From positions 32,001-96,000 of the forward strand of contig CAWBVY010000009.1 of assembly GCA_963792415.1 (NCBI GenBank): a DNA stretch of 64,000 nucleotides. The letters are read 5' to 3'. The notes below the pieces were generated by a model. The model made no database searches. It was not told the origin of the DNA and saw only the letters and a program-made list of their open reading frames with translations. Positions 63,296 to 64,000 of this stretch are shown here, in pieces (the stretch's first letter is position 1; each line of letters opens with the position of its first letter). Made by a program: the position numbers and the translations under genes. Source of the stretch: Candidatus Deferrimicrobiaceae bacterium (GTDB lineage: Bacteria > Desulfobacterota > Deferrimicrobia > Deferrimicrobiales > Deferrimicrobiaceae).

Positions 63296-63801
63296 CCGAA
63301 GAGCCCCGGCGACGTGGCCTCCGGGTGGTCGCCGTATTCGAGGGCGCGAAGGGAGGGTTGGTCCTCGTTACGGGCTTCGGACTCCTCGCCTTCCTCCATC
63401 GCGGCCTCCACAACGCGGCGGAAGAAGTCGTCAGGCACCTCCATTTGAACCCCGCCCGGCATTATCCCCGCATCTTTCTCGACGCGGCCGCCCACGTCAC
63501 CGATACCCAGCTCCGGCTCCTCGCCCTTTCGGCGTTTCTTTATGCCGTCGTCCGATTCATCGAAGCATTCGGCTTATGGCATCGGAAACGCTGGGCGGCA
63601 TGGTTCGGGGTCCTGAGCGGAGGCGTCTATGTCCCGGTGGAACTCTTCGAGGTGGCCCACCGCCTTTCCTGGGCCAGGCTGACCGCACTGGCGGTCAATC
63701 TGGCGATCGTCGCGTATCTGGTCCATGAGCTCACGACCCGCGGACGGCCACCTCGAAATCCCTCCCCTCCCAGGTCCCCGCGTCGATCCAGAAAAACGTG
63801 A
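63283..63801 (+). CDS. DUF2127 membrane protein
   Basis: VA.FE.AKG, EAFGLW..RWA, YVPVE.FE, NL.IV.Y. Confidence 0.85.
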   Translation: MDLVTEEPRRRGLRVVAVFEGAKGGLVLVTGFGLLAFLHRGLHNAAEEVVRHLHLNPARHYPRIFLDAAAHVTDTQLRLLALSAFLYAVVRFIEAFGLWHRKRWAAWFGVLSGGVYVPVELFEVAHRLSWARLTALAVNLAIVAYLVHELTTRGRPPRNPSPPRSPRRSRKT

Positions 63802-64000
63802 AGCGGATCCGCCCGCCCTGCGGCGGCAGGGAGGCGACATCGACGTATTCGATCCCCAACGCGGTCGGGGTGGAGTGCGAATCCTCCACGGTGCCCCAGT
63901 CGTTCCGCGTCCAGCGGAGGAGAAACGGCGCCCCCGCCTGGATGCGAAGGATGCCCCCCTCCCGGACCTCGCGAACCTCGCGGTTATGCTTCCAGATCTC
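63731..64000 (-). CDS. 3' end of a glucoamylase (GH15)-like gene
   Basis: Manual translation EIWKHNR...LRIQAGAPFLLRWT.NDW...IRFTFFW...WEGRDFEV-stop. Confidence 0.75.
   Translation of the reverse strand, partial: EIWKHNREVREVREGGILRIQAGAPFLLRWTRNDWGTVEDSHSTPTALGIEYVDVASLPPQGGRIRFTFFWIDAGTWEGRDFEVAVRGS

Overview
GC-rich bacterial window. Gene style is consistent with a deltaproteobacterium-like organism (inference, not tested). No rRNA, complete tRNA, CRISPR array, integrase or transposase was recognised. Left to right it holds: nuoF/nuoE-like flavin-FeS oxidoreductase genes under a sigma54-type promoter; a PAS histidine kinase and NtrC-type activator; a cluster of secreted and outer-membrane proteins; a SAF-dehydrogenase, kinase and atypical enolase; a di-heme peroxidase; a MalT-like BTAD regulator; two CxxC universal-stress paralogs; glycosyltransferases; a diguanylate cyclase; malic enzyme; a sugar ABC transporter; a GT4/glycoside-hydrolase pair; a tartrate-dehydratase-like enzyme; and cydAB-lgt-VIT1-DUF2127. 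Many genes between about 5 and 38.5 kb are split by frameshifts, probably long-read indels. The most unusual signal is four clear (37-59 bp) and one weaker (26 bp) pair of diverged direct repeats. Each copies a gene end, start or internal segment and brackets 0.8-5.5 kb of unrelated cargo genes, with no recombinase nearby, and short orphan gene fragments sit in other spacers. Also notable: an unannotated Cys-rich small ORF behind a sigma54 promoter with paired enhancer palindromes, and a candidate c-di-GMP-I-like leader.
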